A DNA stretch of 61,796 nt, the filler included, from Candidatus Woesearchaeota archaeon (GTDB taxonomy: Archaea; Nanobdellota; Nanobdellia; Woesearchaeales; GCA-2685855), in assembly GCA_002685855.1 (NCBI GenBank). It is 6 parts of 6 records of this genome, joined end to end, with 100 filler letters (N's around TTAATTAATTAA, not from the genome) between each part and the next. Parts side by side here need not be neighbours in the genome. Positions count along the whole stretch, not along the records: positions 45,663 to 54,508 come from NYYS01000020.1; positions 54,609 to 61,796 come from NYYS01000025.1; 4 more parts are not named here. One strand, given 5' to 3'. Of the stretch, positions 50,422 to 61,533 are shown in pieces. Position numbers and translations under genes: made by a program. Numbering within the stretch: the first letter of the stretch is position 1; each line of letters begins with the position of its first letter. The notes below the pieces were generated by a model. It worked only from the letters and a program-made list of their open reading frames with translations. It did not search any database and was not told the origin of the DNA.

Positions 50422-51774
50422 CTAGTCGTTCACCGACTCAAGATCATCAAGATTTACCAATTCTTCATCCAGTGCAAGATCGTCTTCAGGCTTTTTCTTA
50501 TCCTTTTCAAGCACAGCTTCAGCTTCTGGAACTGCTTCATTCTTTTCCTTGGCAATATCTGCTGCAGATTCCAAAACAGGCTCTTTCACAACCTCTTCCT
50601 TTAGCGATGTCGCTGCTTCCGCCTTGCTCTTTTCAACAGGATTTACCACAAGCTCTTCTTCTTTAGAATCAGTACTGGCTGCTTCCTTAGAGGCAATAGT
50701 CTCTTTTTCAACCACTTTCTCTTTCACAGAGAGTTCTTCCTTCTCCACAACAGCCTTCTCCTCTCCATCCGCACTCTTCACACTCTTCAGCTCTGCATCC
50801 AGCTTTGCAATCTCTGCAGAAGGATCGGGATCAAGAACAACACGATTTGCCACAAACTCCAATCGATCAAAGGCCTCATTCTTATTCGTTCTTCCCTGTA
50901 TCTTCACTATTCTTCCAAGTAAATCCGTTTTCACCCCTTCAAAAGCTGCGGGGTTATCCTTCATCCCCACTAACTCTTCATGGCTCTTCCCAAGCGATTG
51001 TTGTACCTGGTTTCTCCACAGCACAACACGAAGGTTGTGTGTTCCATCATCAACAAAAAGGTTCATCACATAGCCATAGTCTGGCCGGACACTATTATGC
51101 GCAGGACAGACAAAAACACCCTCTTTTTCCCGGGCACGTTTTCCACACTCTGGACAAACCTCAAAAAACTTTGGATCAAATATCTGGACAATGGTTGCTA
51201 ATATTTCTACATCCTGGTCCTGCTCCGTGAGTTCATTCAACTTCTTTCGGGTAATTCCTGTCTGAACCTGGATAGACTCAACCCCGTCGGGGTTGACAAC
51301 AAATGTGCTGTTATCATTCAGGTGAATCTCTACCTTACCATTATTGTCCTTGCTGTAGGCACTCTTCACCTTTACCATATCACCTTCTTTTACTTCGTTG
51401 ATCTTCTCTGCCTGTGAGTTCCAGAGAGCTACCCTGATCTGGCCTGTCTCATCTGCCAATACACAGGTTGCGATCTTTCCCTGGCCCCGCTCGGTTTGAA
51501 ATTCCCGAACATCATAGATCTGTGCAACCTTTCCTACAAGTTCCACATTTCTCATGCCTGCCAGGACATTCTTGATCTGGAGTTTGCCAGAGAATGTCTC
51601 TTCAAAAAGCTTCACTCCCAGTTCATTAGCAATAATATGCGCTGCTCCTTCTTCAGATACTAGGCCGGAAAGTGCATCCAGCTTCTCATTGATTTTTGAA
51701 GTGAGCTCCTCGTCAGAAATTCCTGCTTTCTCCTGAATCTTTACCTTGATATCTGCTAATGGTAGTTTTAACAT
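50422..51774 (-). CDS. rpa: Replication protein A (OB folds, Zn finger, acidic tail)
   Basis: GLVSEEGAAHIIA, ADETGQIRVALW, CPECGKR..CPAH, DDGT. Confidence 0.88.
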   Translation of the reverse strand: MLKLPLADIKVKIQEKAGISDEELTSKINEKLDALSGLVSEEGAAHIIANELGVKLFEETFSGKLQIKNVLAGMRNVELVGKVAQIYDVREFQTERGQGKIATCVLADETGQIRVALWNSQAEKINEVKEGDMVKVKSAYSKDNNGKVEIHLNDNSTFVVNPDGVESIQVQTGITRKKLNELTEQDQDVEILATIVQIFDPKFFEVCPECGKRAREKEGVFVCPAHNSVRPDYGYVMNLFVDDGTHNLRVVLWRNQVQQSLGKSHEELVGMKDNPAAFEGVKTDLLGRIVKIQGRTNKNEAFDRLEFVANRVVLDPDPSAEIAKLDAELKSVKSADGEEKAVVEKEELSVKEKVVEKETIASKEAASTDSKEEELVVNPVEKSKAEAATSLKEEVVKEPVLESAADIAKEKNEAVPEAEAVLEKDKKKPEDDLALDEELVNLDDLESVND

Positions 51775-51885
51775 CCCTTTTACCCTCCAATAACGTGAGC
51801 AGAGTGTTCTATTTAAGGTTTATTGTTCTTTAGAAAAGAGGTTTCCCTGTGCCCATTTAAAGACAGAACTATTCCAACCCCTCCC

Positions 51886-54508
51886 CTATATGAGCTTCAA
51901 ATCCACTTCGAGATAGGTCTTTCCTGACTCGAAAAGAAAGGGAGTGATCTGATTGTCATAGTCATCTATCCCGTTCACAGAGAAATAATAGTTTTCATAG
52001 GTGGAGGGAACCTCTGTCAGATAGTAGTAGGTACTGACCGATTCATCAAAATAAAGTGTGTCCAGATATGCCGGCTCCTGCATGCCGTCAGCAGTCATCA
52101 CACAGTCAAAGTCGAACTTTCCAAGAAGGTCCGGAAGATTAAGAGGACTACACATCATGTGTCCGATCGAAGCTCTTGCCTCCCGATACTGTTTCTTCTT
52201 AAAGACAGCTACCGCTCCCATGCCCTGAATTGTTGTTTCATCCATTCCCAGGAAGGGAGCATAATGACCAATAATCCGGTATTCAAACACATCGGTTGCC
52301 ATATCTTTCCATTGGAGCTGAATAACCTTGTTTGCAGGCGGCGGCAGAGGGGTAAACTCTGAAAAATCCAAAGTTAAGACAGATGACGAAAGGTAGAGTG
52401 GATCTTCAGGTGGCTGGATATCTTCCAGCCAGACAGAAAACTTAAGTTCAAGAGAAACTTCAGAAAAATCAGATCCCGTCTGAACAAGCTCTGTTTCGCC
52501 TGTATCATAACAGAGAGAATACTTTCTTTTTGGCTTTTTACAAAGCTGATAGTTGCCCGTATCATAACAGAGATTATCCTCGCATTTCAGTTCATAGCCC
52601 GCATCATCTTTATACTCTTTAACATACACAACACCACCTTCTTCTTTAAACAGATTAATCGTGTCATAGGGCTCCCATTCTTTATCTCCACCCCATTCTG
52701 CCAGGTGAAGCATTCTCTTTTTAAGGTCTCCATCATCATACTCAACATTGATGGTTACATATTCATACTCTTTAGATGTTTCTTCCAATTCTTCCTTTGT
52801 CAGAATACCTTCCTGCGCTTCAGAGAGAGGATAACCAGACACACCTAATTCCGGTTTTTCTAATTCAAGTGCGCCCTTTGCCCAGTGTTTCAACTTTGTT
52901 GTTTCCTCTTCCTGACTTGGATCAAGCTCGATCTGACAGAAGCAGTTTACCTGCGCATTTTCCGTGCAGTCAGTATATTTCTCCACATACTCATAGAACA
53001 GAAGCGATTCTCCACAATCCCGCGACAGATTTCTTTCATTCTCTTCATTAAACTCCGCTATCTTCTGATTCAAGCAATATTCTGTTTTATCATCGCACTC
53101 TTCTACAACCCCCTTCATAAATGCAACCATTTTATCAAATTGGTCCAGGTCATTCTCAATAGCCGCCGATGCAGAAGGAGTGAAACTATAGCTTCCAAAA
53201 CTTTTTATTTCGCCATAGCCCCCTGCACAGGGATCCATACCCCGGGAAACACCTCTATTATAGTGACCTACCCAACGGCTGATGTGATCGCCGGTGCTTA
53301 CCATATGCCACTTATTCTTATCTGTTTTTCTTAGGCTTCCTGCATTGTATACTGCTGCCACCTTTGGCGGATCAAAGTTGTGGCTGCCGCTCTTCTCTGA
53401 AATAAGCTTTGCCATTAATTCTATGCTTTTCTGTTCATCATACAACTCATCCGGAGCGCCCCGAAACCCCAGACCCCATGCAGTGGTGTAGAGCAGGTGA
53501 GCCATTCCATAACTGCAACTTGTCCCTGCAAATTCCTTTGTTCGGGATCCGTCCTGCTCAGGTTTGCAGCTGCTTCCTCCATAATCGTCCGGAATGCAGT
53601 AGAGAGGGAGTTCACACCCAAACGGGTGGCAGGGATGCTTTCCTGGTTTAAACTTACTTTCAAGACTGTCCTCACAACGATTACTTTCCGGATTAAGATT
53701 CACGTCCTCAGTACACAGGTTTGCTGCAAGGATCAACATAGGAACACCGTATGCCTCAGAAGCTGCCTGAAGAACAGTTCCATACTCTTCGGTAACCTTT
53801 ACAACACAGTCTGAACTACTTGCAGGTTCTAAAGAAAAGCTTCCCCCCTGTTTTGTTGCTATACCTTGCGCAGTCAATTTCCATTCCACACCACCCTTAT
53901 AGTTATGAGGCTGCCCCAACTCAGGATCACAAACACCTTCGAGTTGTGGAGGAAGATCCTCATCAGGAACGATCTCTTCTCCCCCATCACCCATCGAAGC
54001 TCTGGCTCGTTGTTCTATATCGTCCAGATCAAGAAGAGGCCCGGGATCCGGCTTCTCAGACTTTACATCTGTATGACTGAAAAGAGTATCTCCGGAAAGA
54101 GAAATTTCATTTCGTTCTCCAATATCTGCAACAAGCTTTACCAGACTATCAATCTGAGTTTCTGTAAACGTTTGATAACAGGTTGACTCAATCAGCTTCC
54201 CCTTCTCCTCATCACCACATTCAAGATCACAAACCCCTCCCTTTACACAATCACTTCCCAGGTTCACAAGAGATATCCCAATACTCCGCGCATTCATCCC
54301 AGTAATTGTACATTTCCCACTACCACACCCTCCTGCATGCTGCGCTGCCTCTGACTCTTTCACATGCTGGGTGACAGAGCCATCCCGTTCAATGATATAG
54401 TGGTAGGACAAACCCCGCTCACGCAGGGTTTGGAGCGTGGTTTCTCTGCTTCGGTCAGCAGTCCAATGAAGCACAACTGCATCAATTGCTTTTCCTCCCC
54501 GGGAAAGA
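51886..54508 (-). CDS. Multidomain peptidoglycan hydrolase: Amidase_2 + SLT-type lytic transglycosylase + long Cys-containing C-terminal region, 5' truncated
   Basis: IDAVVLHWT, SYHYII.RDG, QHAG, NARSIGISLV, TE.QI.SL, SHTD...KPDPG; then AASEAYGV....AA...TE, SYGMAHL, AAVYNAG. Confidence 0.85.
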
Positions 54509-54608
54509 NNNNNNNNNNNNNNNNNNNNNNNNNNNNNNNNNNNNNNNNNNNNTTAATTAATTAANNNNNNNNNNNNNNNNNNNNNNNNNNNNNNNNNNNN
54601 NNNNNNNN
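54509..54608. other. Artificial contig spacer
   Basis: N44-TTAATTAATTAA-N44. Confidence 0.97.
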
Positions 54609-54609
54609 A

Positions 54610-55746
54610 GAAAAAAACATCTTCAAACTCAACACAAACATCACATCCTTTATCCGAAACAAACTCAGAAGCTGTCCACCCGAGATCAACACCCTTCAAT
54701 CCACACGAATCCTCAGACAAACCCTTCCCCATGGCATCGGCTTTCACCACGCAGGCCTTCTTCCCATCCTGAAAGACATCGTCGAAGAACTCTTCTCCCA
54801 GGGACTCATTAAAGTCCTTTACACAACAGAAACATTTGCAGTCGGAATCAACATGCCTGCAAAAACCGTCTGTTTTGAATCATTACGAAAATTCGACGGA
54901 TTCAGCTTTAGAATACTCAACTCAAAAGAGTTCTTCCAAATAGCAGGAAGAGCAGGACGAAGAGGTATTGACAAAGAAGGCTTTGTCTATGTCATGGTAA
55001 ACAGGCGCGATCTCGACTATCCTAAAATGAAATCCATTACAACTGAAGACAGAGAACCCATCCGCTCCCAGTTTAAACTCTCAGTAAACACCGTCTTAAA
55101 TCTTATCCAGCAGCACAACGAAATTGAAATAGACAAAATTCTCAGCATGAGCTTTCACTCCTACCAGAAATACGGTCCCTTATACATGAAAAAGAAAAAC
55201 GTACGAAGCCATAACGCATTCTTCAAAACAAAAAAGAAGTTAGAAGCACTCGGCTATGTAAAAAATAATACACTCACCGAAAAAGGAATATTTTCTGCAA
55301 AGATCTACGCCGACGAAATTCTCTTAGGAGAGATATTTGCAACAGACATCTATAAAAAATTTAACGAATACCAAATACTCCTCTTGCTCGGCTGCATCTG
55401 CTTTGAAGCCAGGGAAAGAACAACCTTTTCACAACGATTCCGAACCACCTTTCTCAGCGACCTCAAAAGAGCAATACGATCCGACCACTATCTCAACAAA
55501 GAAAAACGTTTTGAACAACTCGACAACATCACGGCATTGATCCACCCCTGTTACCACGGATCAACCATCTTTGACATCCTCAAAAACACCAACCTTCTCG
55601 AAGGAGACCTCATTAGAATATTCAGACAGATCCTCGACCGCATCGGCCAGATACGAAATGCAACAACAGACGAACGCCTCTCAGCAATGCTTCACAACAG
55701 CCAAACACTAATCATCGACTGCTTAAAAGACATCGACGTCCTCTAA
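54610..55746 (+). CDS. Ski2/Mtr4-like DExH RNA helicase, C-terminal part (5' truncated)
   Basis: GIGFHHAGLLP..K..VEELF..GLIKVL.TTETFAVGINMPA, QIAGRAGRRG.D, EGDLIR. Confidence 0.9.
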   Translation, partial: EKNIFKLNTNITSFIRNKLRSCPPEINTLQSTRILRQTLPHGIGFHHAGLLPILKDIVEELFSQGLIKVLYTTETFAVGINMPAKTVCFESLRKFDGFSFRILNSKEFFQIAGRAGRRGIDKEGFVYVMVNRRDLDYPKMKSITTEDREPIRSQFKLSVNTVLNLIQQHNEIEIDKILSMSFHSYQKYGPLYMKKKNVRSHNAFFKTKKKLEALGYVKNNTLTEKGIFSAKIYADEILLGEIFATDIYKKFNEYQILLLLGCICFEARERTTFSQRFRTTFLSDLKRAIRSDHYLNKEKRFEQLDNITALIHPCYHGSTIFDILKNTNLLEGDLIRIFRQILDRIGQIRNATTDERLSAMLHNSQTLIIDCLKDIDVL

Positions 55747-56010
55747 CTACTTCTGATATTTCAGCCACAACCTCTTAAAAAAAGGAAGCGACGCAGTAGA
55801 AAGAACAAATCCCGCCGTAGGCACAAGTGAATTCACAAACGGCTTTGGCAAACCCGCTGCAAAAAAGAAGATCACAACAACAATATAGGTAAGCAGTGCA
55901 ACAAGAACCTTTCGTGTCCAGCTCGTCTCCCACCCCTTATCTGCCTCAACCCGTTTATTTCTATCTTTGATCTTGTTAATCTCTTTTTCCAATTGTTCGA
56001 TTTTGTTCAT
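55747..56010 (-). CDS. Small conserved membrane protein
   Basis: RNKRVEADK.WETSWTRK followed by TM helices. Confidence 0.7.
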   Translation of the reverse strand: MNKIEQLEKEINKIKDRNKRVEADKGWETSWTRKVLVALLTYIVVVIFFFAAGLPKPFVNSLVPTAGFVLSTASLPFFKRLWLKYQK

Positions 56011-56534
56011 TTTCTCTTCTCCTCCTGCAAATACCTCTCTACCATCACCAGCCCAGAAATCATCGTAAAATCATGCCCGCCTTCTTCAAGAAATTTGTTA
56101 ATACAAGAAGGAAAATCAAACCACACCGCCTTAATTTGTTCAGTTTTATCAAGATTCCTTTTTCCCTTCTGAATCGAGTCACAAAAAAACAGATGACATC
56201 GAGCAGTACTCCTCGCAGGATGATACATGAAGCTTCCCAACTTAATCAAACGATCAGCAACAAACCCTGTCTCCTCTTCCAACTCCCTCTTTGCCGCCTC
56301 CTCTAAACTCTCCCCCTTTTCAACCAGCCCTGCAGGAAGATCAAACACATCCTTCTGAACAGGAATCCTGAACTGCTTATTCAACAACACCCTTCCCTTT
56401 GAAACAACGACAACCCCGACAATCTCCTTTGACTGTTCAAAATAATAATACGGACTGTCAAAGCCTACAACATCCGCAGCAATAAGCTCCCCATAAGGAG
56501 GGGTTCCAATTACTTTCTTTGACGTAATCTTCAT
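56007..56534 (-). CDS. Nudix hydrolase (ADP-ribose pyrophosphatase-like)
   Basis: QFR.P....LPAGLVEKGESLEEAAKRELEEETG. Confidence 0.9.
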   Translation of the reverse strand: MKITSKKVIGTPPYGELIAADVVGFDSPYYYFEQSKEIVGVVVVSKGRVLLNKQFRIPVQKDVFDLPAGLVEKGESLEEAAKRELEEETGFVADRLIKLGSFMYHPARSTARCHLFFCDSIQKGKRNLDKTEQIKAVWFDFPSCINKFLEEGGHDFTMISGLVMVERYLQEEKRK

Positions 56535-57514
56535 AACTGCTTCACCGTTATACTCTTCAGCTCTGTTGCCAGCAACTCCTTTGCCTTCTTCGTCAACTCA
56601 CCCGTCGTCAAATAAAGCGCAGGAAGCTTTCTTCCGCTTGCCTGAAAAAAGAACGTAGATAAATCACCATCACTAATCCTCTTCTTCTTTTTTGCCTTGC
56701 AAAAATAGGTCAACGTTCCAACCGCTGAAGGAAATTCAACTACAAGATCGTACTCTGAATTCTTTCGAATAATTTTCTGCTCCATTACACGAACCTTGTT
56801 CTTCTTAAAATAGCTTTCAAGTTCATTCCAGAACGTTGACTCTTCCACCTTTTTTTTAGGAACCAATGTTTCCTGTTTAGGCACTTCCTTTTTCGCCGGT
56901 TTCTCTTCTCCAGCTTGTACGGGCTGTATAAAGGTATCTTCTACTTCGACCACATGAACAGGTTGGCTCACACGAAGTTCGGGTTGAACAGGGGGCAGGG
57001 GTTTGCTAATCGGTTCCTGTCGAACAACAGGTTTCTCTTCAATAACAGGAGCAACCGTTTGAACAGGCGTAACCTTCTTCTGTAACCGTTCCTGGAACCC
57101 TGCAACCTCCTCATCTGTTGCCAGATAATACTTCCAGAAAAGCTCATTTCTCCCTTGATGCTCTTTCTGAAACGGTTGTGCAAAATCCTTTGTATTTCTA
57201 AGAGAAACTCTAATCAGTGGATCTTGGCTTCTATCCATAAGAACACGTTCATTTTTCAAAAGAAGAATCGTCCGTCTGTCCTTCTCACCCAGATACTGCT
57301 GAATACTTTCCAGCTTTGGTTCCTGACCTTGCACATAATAAAAAGGACTGCCCCCCATCTTTGTATGTGTGATCTTCACCAGATTATTCGATGCCAACTC
57401 TGAAAGAATTGCTCCAAGAATCGTTGTATCTGAACCCAATGCACGCTTTACCATGCTGGGGTTCACAGGCCCATTCATTCGTACATAGCTCAGCACCTGA
57501 TCCCTATTTGCCAT
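56531..57514 (-). CDS. Conserved hypothetical protein (N-terminal winged helix, C-terminal restriction-endonuclease-like domain)
   Basis: GPV.P...GAILSEL...GGSPFYY; YDL...CKAKKKKRISDGDL. Confidence 0.6.
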   Translation of the reverse strand: MANRDQVLSYVRMNGPVNPSMVKRALGSDTTILGAILSELASNNLVKITHTKMGGSPFYYVQGQEPKLESIQQYLGEKDRRTILLLKNERVLMDRSQDPLIRVSLRNTKDFAQPFQKEHQGRNELFWKYYLATDEEVAGFQERLQKKVTPVQTVAPVIEEKPVVRQEPISKPLPPVQPELRVSQPVHVVEVEDTFIQPVQAGEEKPAKKEVPKQETLVPKKKVEESTFWNELESYFKKNKVRVMEQKIIRKNSEYDLVVEFPSAVGTLTYFCKAKKKKRISDGDLSTFFFQASGRKLPALYLTTGELTKKAKELLATELKSITVKQL

Positions 57515-57557
57515 AAAAAGAATGAAGATCGATCCCTATATATGTTTTTCTTTAATC

Positions 57558-58193
57558 TTAGGGTCGCATCCAGCGAACCTCGTAATAGGTGCAGTCGTTC
57601 TCATCATCAACAATGCCGAGCATCAACCTTTTTTTAGTAGAATGAGCCACACGGTTCTTTGCTGCAAACTCATACCACGTCAATACAGAGGCCTCATGAA
57701 CAGGATAAACAATCCAGCGGGCATGATCCTCTCCTGGCTTGATCCCACGATCATAGACTCGGAAATCAGCCCCAAACTTCAACGCGGTCTTCACAATATA
57801 CCCTCTATTCCTCATATCTTTGTACACCTGATACCGCACCCAAAAATTCGGTTCAAGCTTCTTTGCCTTTTTTACAAAGGTTTCGCCACTGATCGGCTTA
57901 TTTCTTCCATCAAGAATCACAATCCTTCCTTTATCAACGAGATAGAGTCCCTCAATAAGATTTAACTGAAGTTTTCCATCATCAAGCAGTATACCAAACC
58001 GTGATTGATTGTACAACTCTGTGGCATGAGGTGACGCCTCTGCAACAACACGGTCCTCAATAAGCGAACATTTGATCTTCTCCTTTTTTATCCGTACAGG
58101 AAGAGCTTCGTCAGCAATTGCTTCACCCTCTGAAGCGTTCTTCTTTTTCTTAGTTTCCTTCTTGGATTCTGCCTTCTTCTTTGCTTTGGCCAT
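57558..58193 (-). CDS. endA: tRNA-intron endonuclease
   Basis: L.LIE.LYL, VYKD.R.RGY.VKTALKFGADFRVY, H, RVAHS.KK. Confidence 0.94.
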   Translation of the reverse strand: MAKAKKKAESKKETKKKKNASEGEAIADEALPVRIKKEKIKCSLIEDRVVAEASPHATELYNQSRFGILLDDGKLQLNLIEGLYLVDKGRIVILDGRNKPISGETFVKKAKKLEPNFWVRYQVYKDMRNRGYIVKTALKFGADFRVYDRGIKPGEDHARWIVYPVHEASVLTWYEFAAKNRVAHSTKKRLMLGIVDDENDCTYYEVRWMRP

Positions 58194-58304
58194 TTATTTT
58201 AAAAGCGGGCTCTGTTTTATAAAGCTTCTCTCTTATTATTGACCATATAGTAAACAATTCCTCTTCTTAAACACCTTTTTAAACAACCTTCTCTTCCAAC
58301 CGCT

Positions 58305-59204
58305 ATGGAAATCACATTTTTAGGCACCTCCAGCATGGTGCCCACAAAAGAGAGAAACACCCAGGCGATCTACCTAGAATACAAAGGAGAAGGATTTCTC
58401 ATCGACTGTGGGGAAGGAACCCAGCGCCAGATGAACATCGCAGGAATTAAAAGAAACAAGGTAAGAAAGATCCTCATCAGCCACTGGCACGGAGACCACG
58501 TATCCGGCCTCATAGGACTTATTCAAACAATAGGAAACATCGAAGGAGACCAAGAGATAACTCTCTACGGACCCAAAGGAACAAAAGAATGCATGGATCA
58601 TCTTATGCACTCCTGCATCTTTGAAAACAAACTCACCCTCTCCATAATCGAACTCGACATAAACAACCTCTCAACAGTACATGAAACAGATGAATACAAA
58701 ATAGAAGCAATCCCCCTAGAACACTCAGTTCCCAGCCTGGGATATAGCTTTACAGAAAAAGAAAGAAGAAAAATTAATATGGCAAAAGCAAACAAACTAG
58801 GATTAAAAGAAGGCCCCTTTATCGGAAAACTTTCCCAGGGAAAAGAGGTAACCTTCAAAGGAAAAAAGATAACTCCTGATGACGTATCAACAATCCTTCC
58901 CTCAAAAAAAACAGCATTTATCCTCGACACACAGATATGTGAAAACAGCATGATTCTTGCAAAAGATGCAGATCTCCTCATCACAGAATCCTCCTTTGCA
59001 TCTGCACTAAAAGAAAAAGCAGAAGAATACAAACACCTAACAGCAGGCGATGCAGCCCTCATTGCAAACAATGCCAATGTCAAGAAACTCATTCTCACCC
59101 ATCTTTCCCAACGCTACAAAACACCTGAAGAGATCCTGCACGATGCACAAACAACCTTTCCAAATGTAGAAGTAGCATTTGATTTTATGAAGGTGAATAT
59201 ATGA
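58305..59204 (+). CDS. rnz: Ribonuclease Z
   Basis: FLGTSS..PT.ERN, DCGEGTQRQ, HWHGDH, LTHLSQRY. Confidence 0.95.
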   Translation: MEITFLGTSSMVPTKERNTQAIYLEYKGEGFLIDCGEGTQRQMNIAGIKRNKVRKILISHWHGDHVSGLIGLIQTIGNIEGDQEITLYGPKGTKECMDHLMHSCIFENKLTLSIIELDINNLSTVHETDEYKIEAIPLEHSVPSLGYSFTEKERRKINMAKANKLGLKEGPFIGKLSQGKEVTFKGKKITPDDVSTILPSKKTAFILDTQICENSMILAKDADLLITESSFASALKEKAEEYKHLTAGDAALIANNANVKKLILTHLSQRYKTPEEILHDAQTTFPNVEVAFDFMKVNI

Positions 59205-59794
59205 AAGAAACGCCTCTCATCCTCAAACTCAACAAGGAATCCTCAAAAGAACTCAACACAATCCTCAAAAGCAAAGCATCCAAACAAATAATCCAGGAAC
59301 TCGAAAAGAAAAAAAACACCATTTCTGGCCTATCAAAATCACTCAAGCTCCCACTCTCAACCGTCCAATACAATATCCAGTCCCTGGAAAAACTAGGTAT
59401 TATCTCATCCGAAGAATTCCACTATTCTGAAAAAGGAAGAACCGTTCCTCACTACTCTCTTAAAAAAAGCTTTGTCCTCCTTTCATTCACTGAAGGAAGC
59501 TTCTCCTCACTCATGCAAAAATTCCTTCCAATCACCCTCCTCGCAGTCGTAGTATCTTGGATCATATCTATACTTCAAACACAAACAACGCTATCAGGAA
59601 GCCTGGAAAAAGCAACATTCGCAGCACGAGAGACAGCAATAGCAGCACAGGACACCGTTGTTGAAGAAACTGTACAGCACATTCCAACAGCAACAGCATC
59701 ACTAAATCCTGGACTCCTCTTCTTCCTCGGAGCATTCCTTATCATACTAATATTCCTCTTCTTGGACATAAAAAAACAGAGAGAATCTTTTTAA
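59201..59794 (+). CDS. ArsR-family HTH protein with C-terminal TM helices
   Basis: LSKSLKLPLSTVQYNI..L.K.G...YSEKG; two hydrophobic segments. Confidence 0.8.
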   Translation: MKETPLILKLNKESSKELNTILKSKASKQIIQELEKKKNTISGLSKSLKLPLSTVQYNIQSLEKLGIISSEEFHYSEKGRTVPHYSLKKSFVLLSFTEGSFSSLMQKFLPITLLAVVVSWIISILQTQTTLSGSLEKATFAARETAIAAQDTVVEETVQHIPTATASLNPGLLFFLGAFLIILIFLFLDIKKQRESF

Positions 59795-59819
59795 ATAGAC
59801 TTAAAATTTTTCAAAAAGA

Positions 59820-60281
59820 ATGATTATTGCAATAACAGGAACACCAGGCACAGGGAAAACAACCTTAGCAAAAAAAATTGCTGACTATAAAGGTTTCACC
59901 TATGTTGACGTGTACGATCTTATAGAGGAAAAAGGGCTCTGCGAAGAGTTCGATAAAGACCGAGACTGCATGGTCGTAGATGTAGATAAAGTCGTTCAGG
60001 AGATCATCAAAATAAAAAAAGAACATCCCGATCTCGTAATAGACTCCCATCTCTCACACCACATCCCCAAAAAATATATAGATATTCTCATCGTAACAAA
60101 ATGCGACCTGAAAGAGCTAAAAAAACGCCTTGAAAAAAGAGGATACTCACCAACAAAAGTACGAGAAAATCTCGATGTAGAAATTTTTGACATCTGCCTC
60201 CAGGAAGCAACCCAAGAACAGCACAAAGTAATAATCATTAATACTAATAAAAAGATTAAAGTAGAAAGTCTTGGGATATAG
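59820..60281 (+). CDS. Adenylate kinase, AK6/Fap7 family
   Basis: ITGTPGTGKTT, IDSH, RL.KRGY...KV.EN...EI. Confidence 0.9.
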   Translation: MIIAITGTPGTGKTTLAKKIADYKGFTYVDVYDLIEEKGLCEEFDKDRDCMVVDVDKVVQEIIKIKKEHPDLVIDSHLSHHIPKKYIDILIVTKCDLKELKKRLEKRGYSPTKVRENLDVEIFDICLQEATQEQHKVIIINTNKKIKVESLGI

Positions 60282-60288
60282 AATTTTT

Positions 60289-60630
60289 TTATGTGAATAT
60301 GCTTTTTATGATATTTATTCCTCCTACTTGTTCTTCTGAAAGTCTTCCTTTTATTCTGCGGATCGTGTGTTCGATGATTCTTTTATCGATCTTAATTCCC
60401 AATCTTTTCAAGTTGCCTTTTATCTTTCTCGCGGTACGTATATGGTCTTTTTTGTTTTTTCTATACCAGGTAGCATAATCTTGTTTTGGAGATGGGATCG
60501 AGTATTCTACTAGTCCAAATATGTAATCTAATCCCATTCCTAGAAATTTTGAATAATACAGGTATCTCTCTGTCTTTTCTTCTGTGGTGCCTTCTTTCCA
60601 GAAGGCTCCATAGATTTCTAAATCAGACAT
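60289..60630 (-). CDS. Hypothetical protein
   Basis: 113-aa ORF abutting the upstream ORF. Confidence 0.5.
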   Translation of the reverse strand: MSDLEIYGAFWKEGTTEEKTERYLYYSKFLGMGLDYIFGLVEYSIPSPKQDYATWYRKNKKDHIRTARKIKGNLKRLGIKIDKRIIEHTIRRIKGRLSEEQVGGINIIKSIFT

Positions 60631-60861
60631 CTATTCACTATTGAATTTGCCAAGTATTATGCCAACCGTGTCCCTGTTACCAATATTTTCCCACGTTAAT
60701 TTTCTTTCACTGTAACCATGCGTTGCCGCGAATTCTCTTAAAAAAACCCTCTTCATTCTACGTTGTAGTTCTTTAGTGGGTTTGTTTTCTCCTTCTAACC
60801 CTTCCAAGATGCATCGAAATACGTTTACACCAGTCCTTAAAAAGTGGAATCTTCTAAACAT
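60631..60861 (-). CDS. Hypothetical protein
   Basis: AAGGTGA SD-like site; 76 aa. Confidence 0.45.
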   Translation of the reverse strand: MFRRFHFLRTGVNVFRCILEGLEGENKPTKELQRRMKRVFLREFAATHGYSERKLTWENIGNRDTVGIILGKFNSE

Positions 60862-61026
60862 GCCATCACCTTAACGTTGTTTATTTCTCCGGATCTTATT
60901 TATATAAATCTTTTCATTTTTCTCATTAAATCGCTCATTCTGCCATAAAAAGGCACATCCCTTTCACCAGTACACAAACATTTAAATAATCCTTTAACAC
61001 ATTTCCTAAATTAAGAGGTACACATA

Positions 61027-61533
61027 ATGATAACAAAAATTAATCAATCAGTAGCCATCCTCTGTGACGGCAACAACATCGAAAGAAGCATCCACGAACA
61101 AACAGGCACAACAAATGCCATGCTCAACTTCGACACACTAATACCAAAACTCCTCAACAACAGAGGACTCAACCGACTCATCTATTTCAGAGAAGGAAAA
61201 AGTATCTCCTCCAAGCTCGCAGAACGCCTTCACGAACACTATTACGGAAGCGTTGTTCCCTGCCACAAATCCGCAGACATCCCTCTCTCAATCAAGGCAA
61301 CCCAACTCGCATCCAAAGTAGACACGCTCATCATCCTCTCTGGTGATTCTGACTATGTAGACCTGGCAAAACACCTCAAATCAGAAGGCGTCCGCGTCGA
61401 AATCGCAGCAGTAGAAAAAACAACCGCAAGAATCCTCAAAGAAGAAGCAGACTACTTCCACCCCATAACAAAAGAAGACTGGTTTGTCTACAAACAACCA
61501 GTGAAAAAAAGCGTGAGAAAGAGAAGAAATTAA
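61027..61533 (+). CDS. NYN-domain (LabA/DUF88) protein
   Basis: CDGNN, KSADI, LSGDSDY, GVRVE, ADYF. Confidence 0.9.
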   Translation: MITKINQSVAILCDGNNIERSIHEQTGTTNAMLNFDTLIPKLLNNRGLNRLIYFREGKSISSKLAERLHEHYYGSVVPCHKSADIPLSIKATQLASKVDTLIILSGDSDYVDLAKHLKSEGVRVEIAAVEKTTARILKEEADYFHPITKEDWFVYKQPVKKSVRKRRN

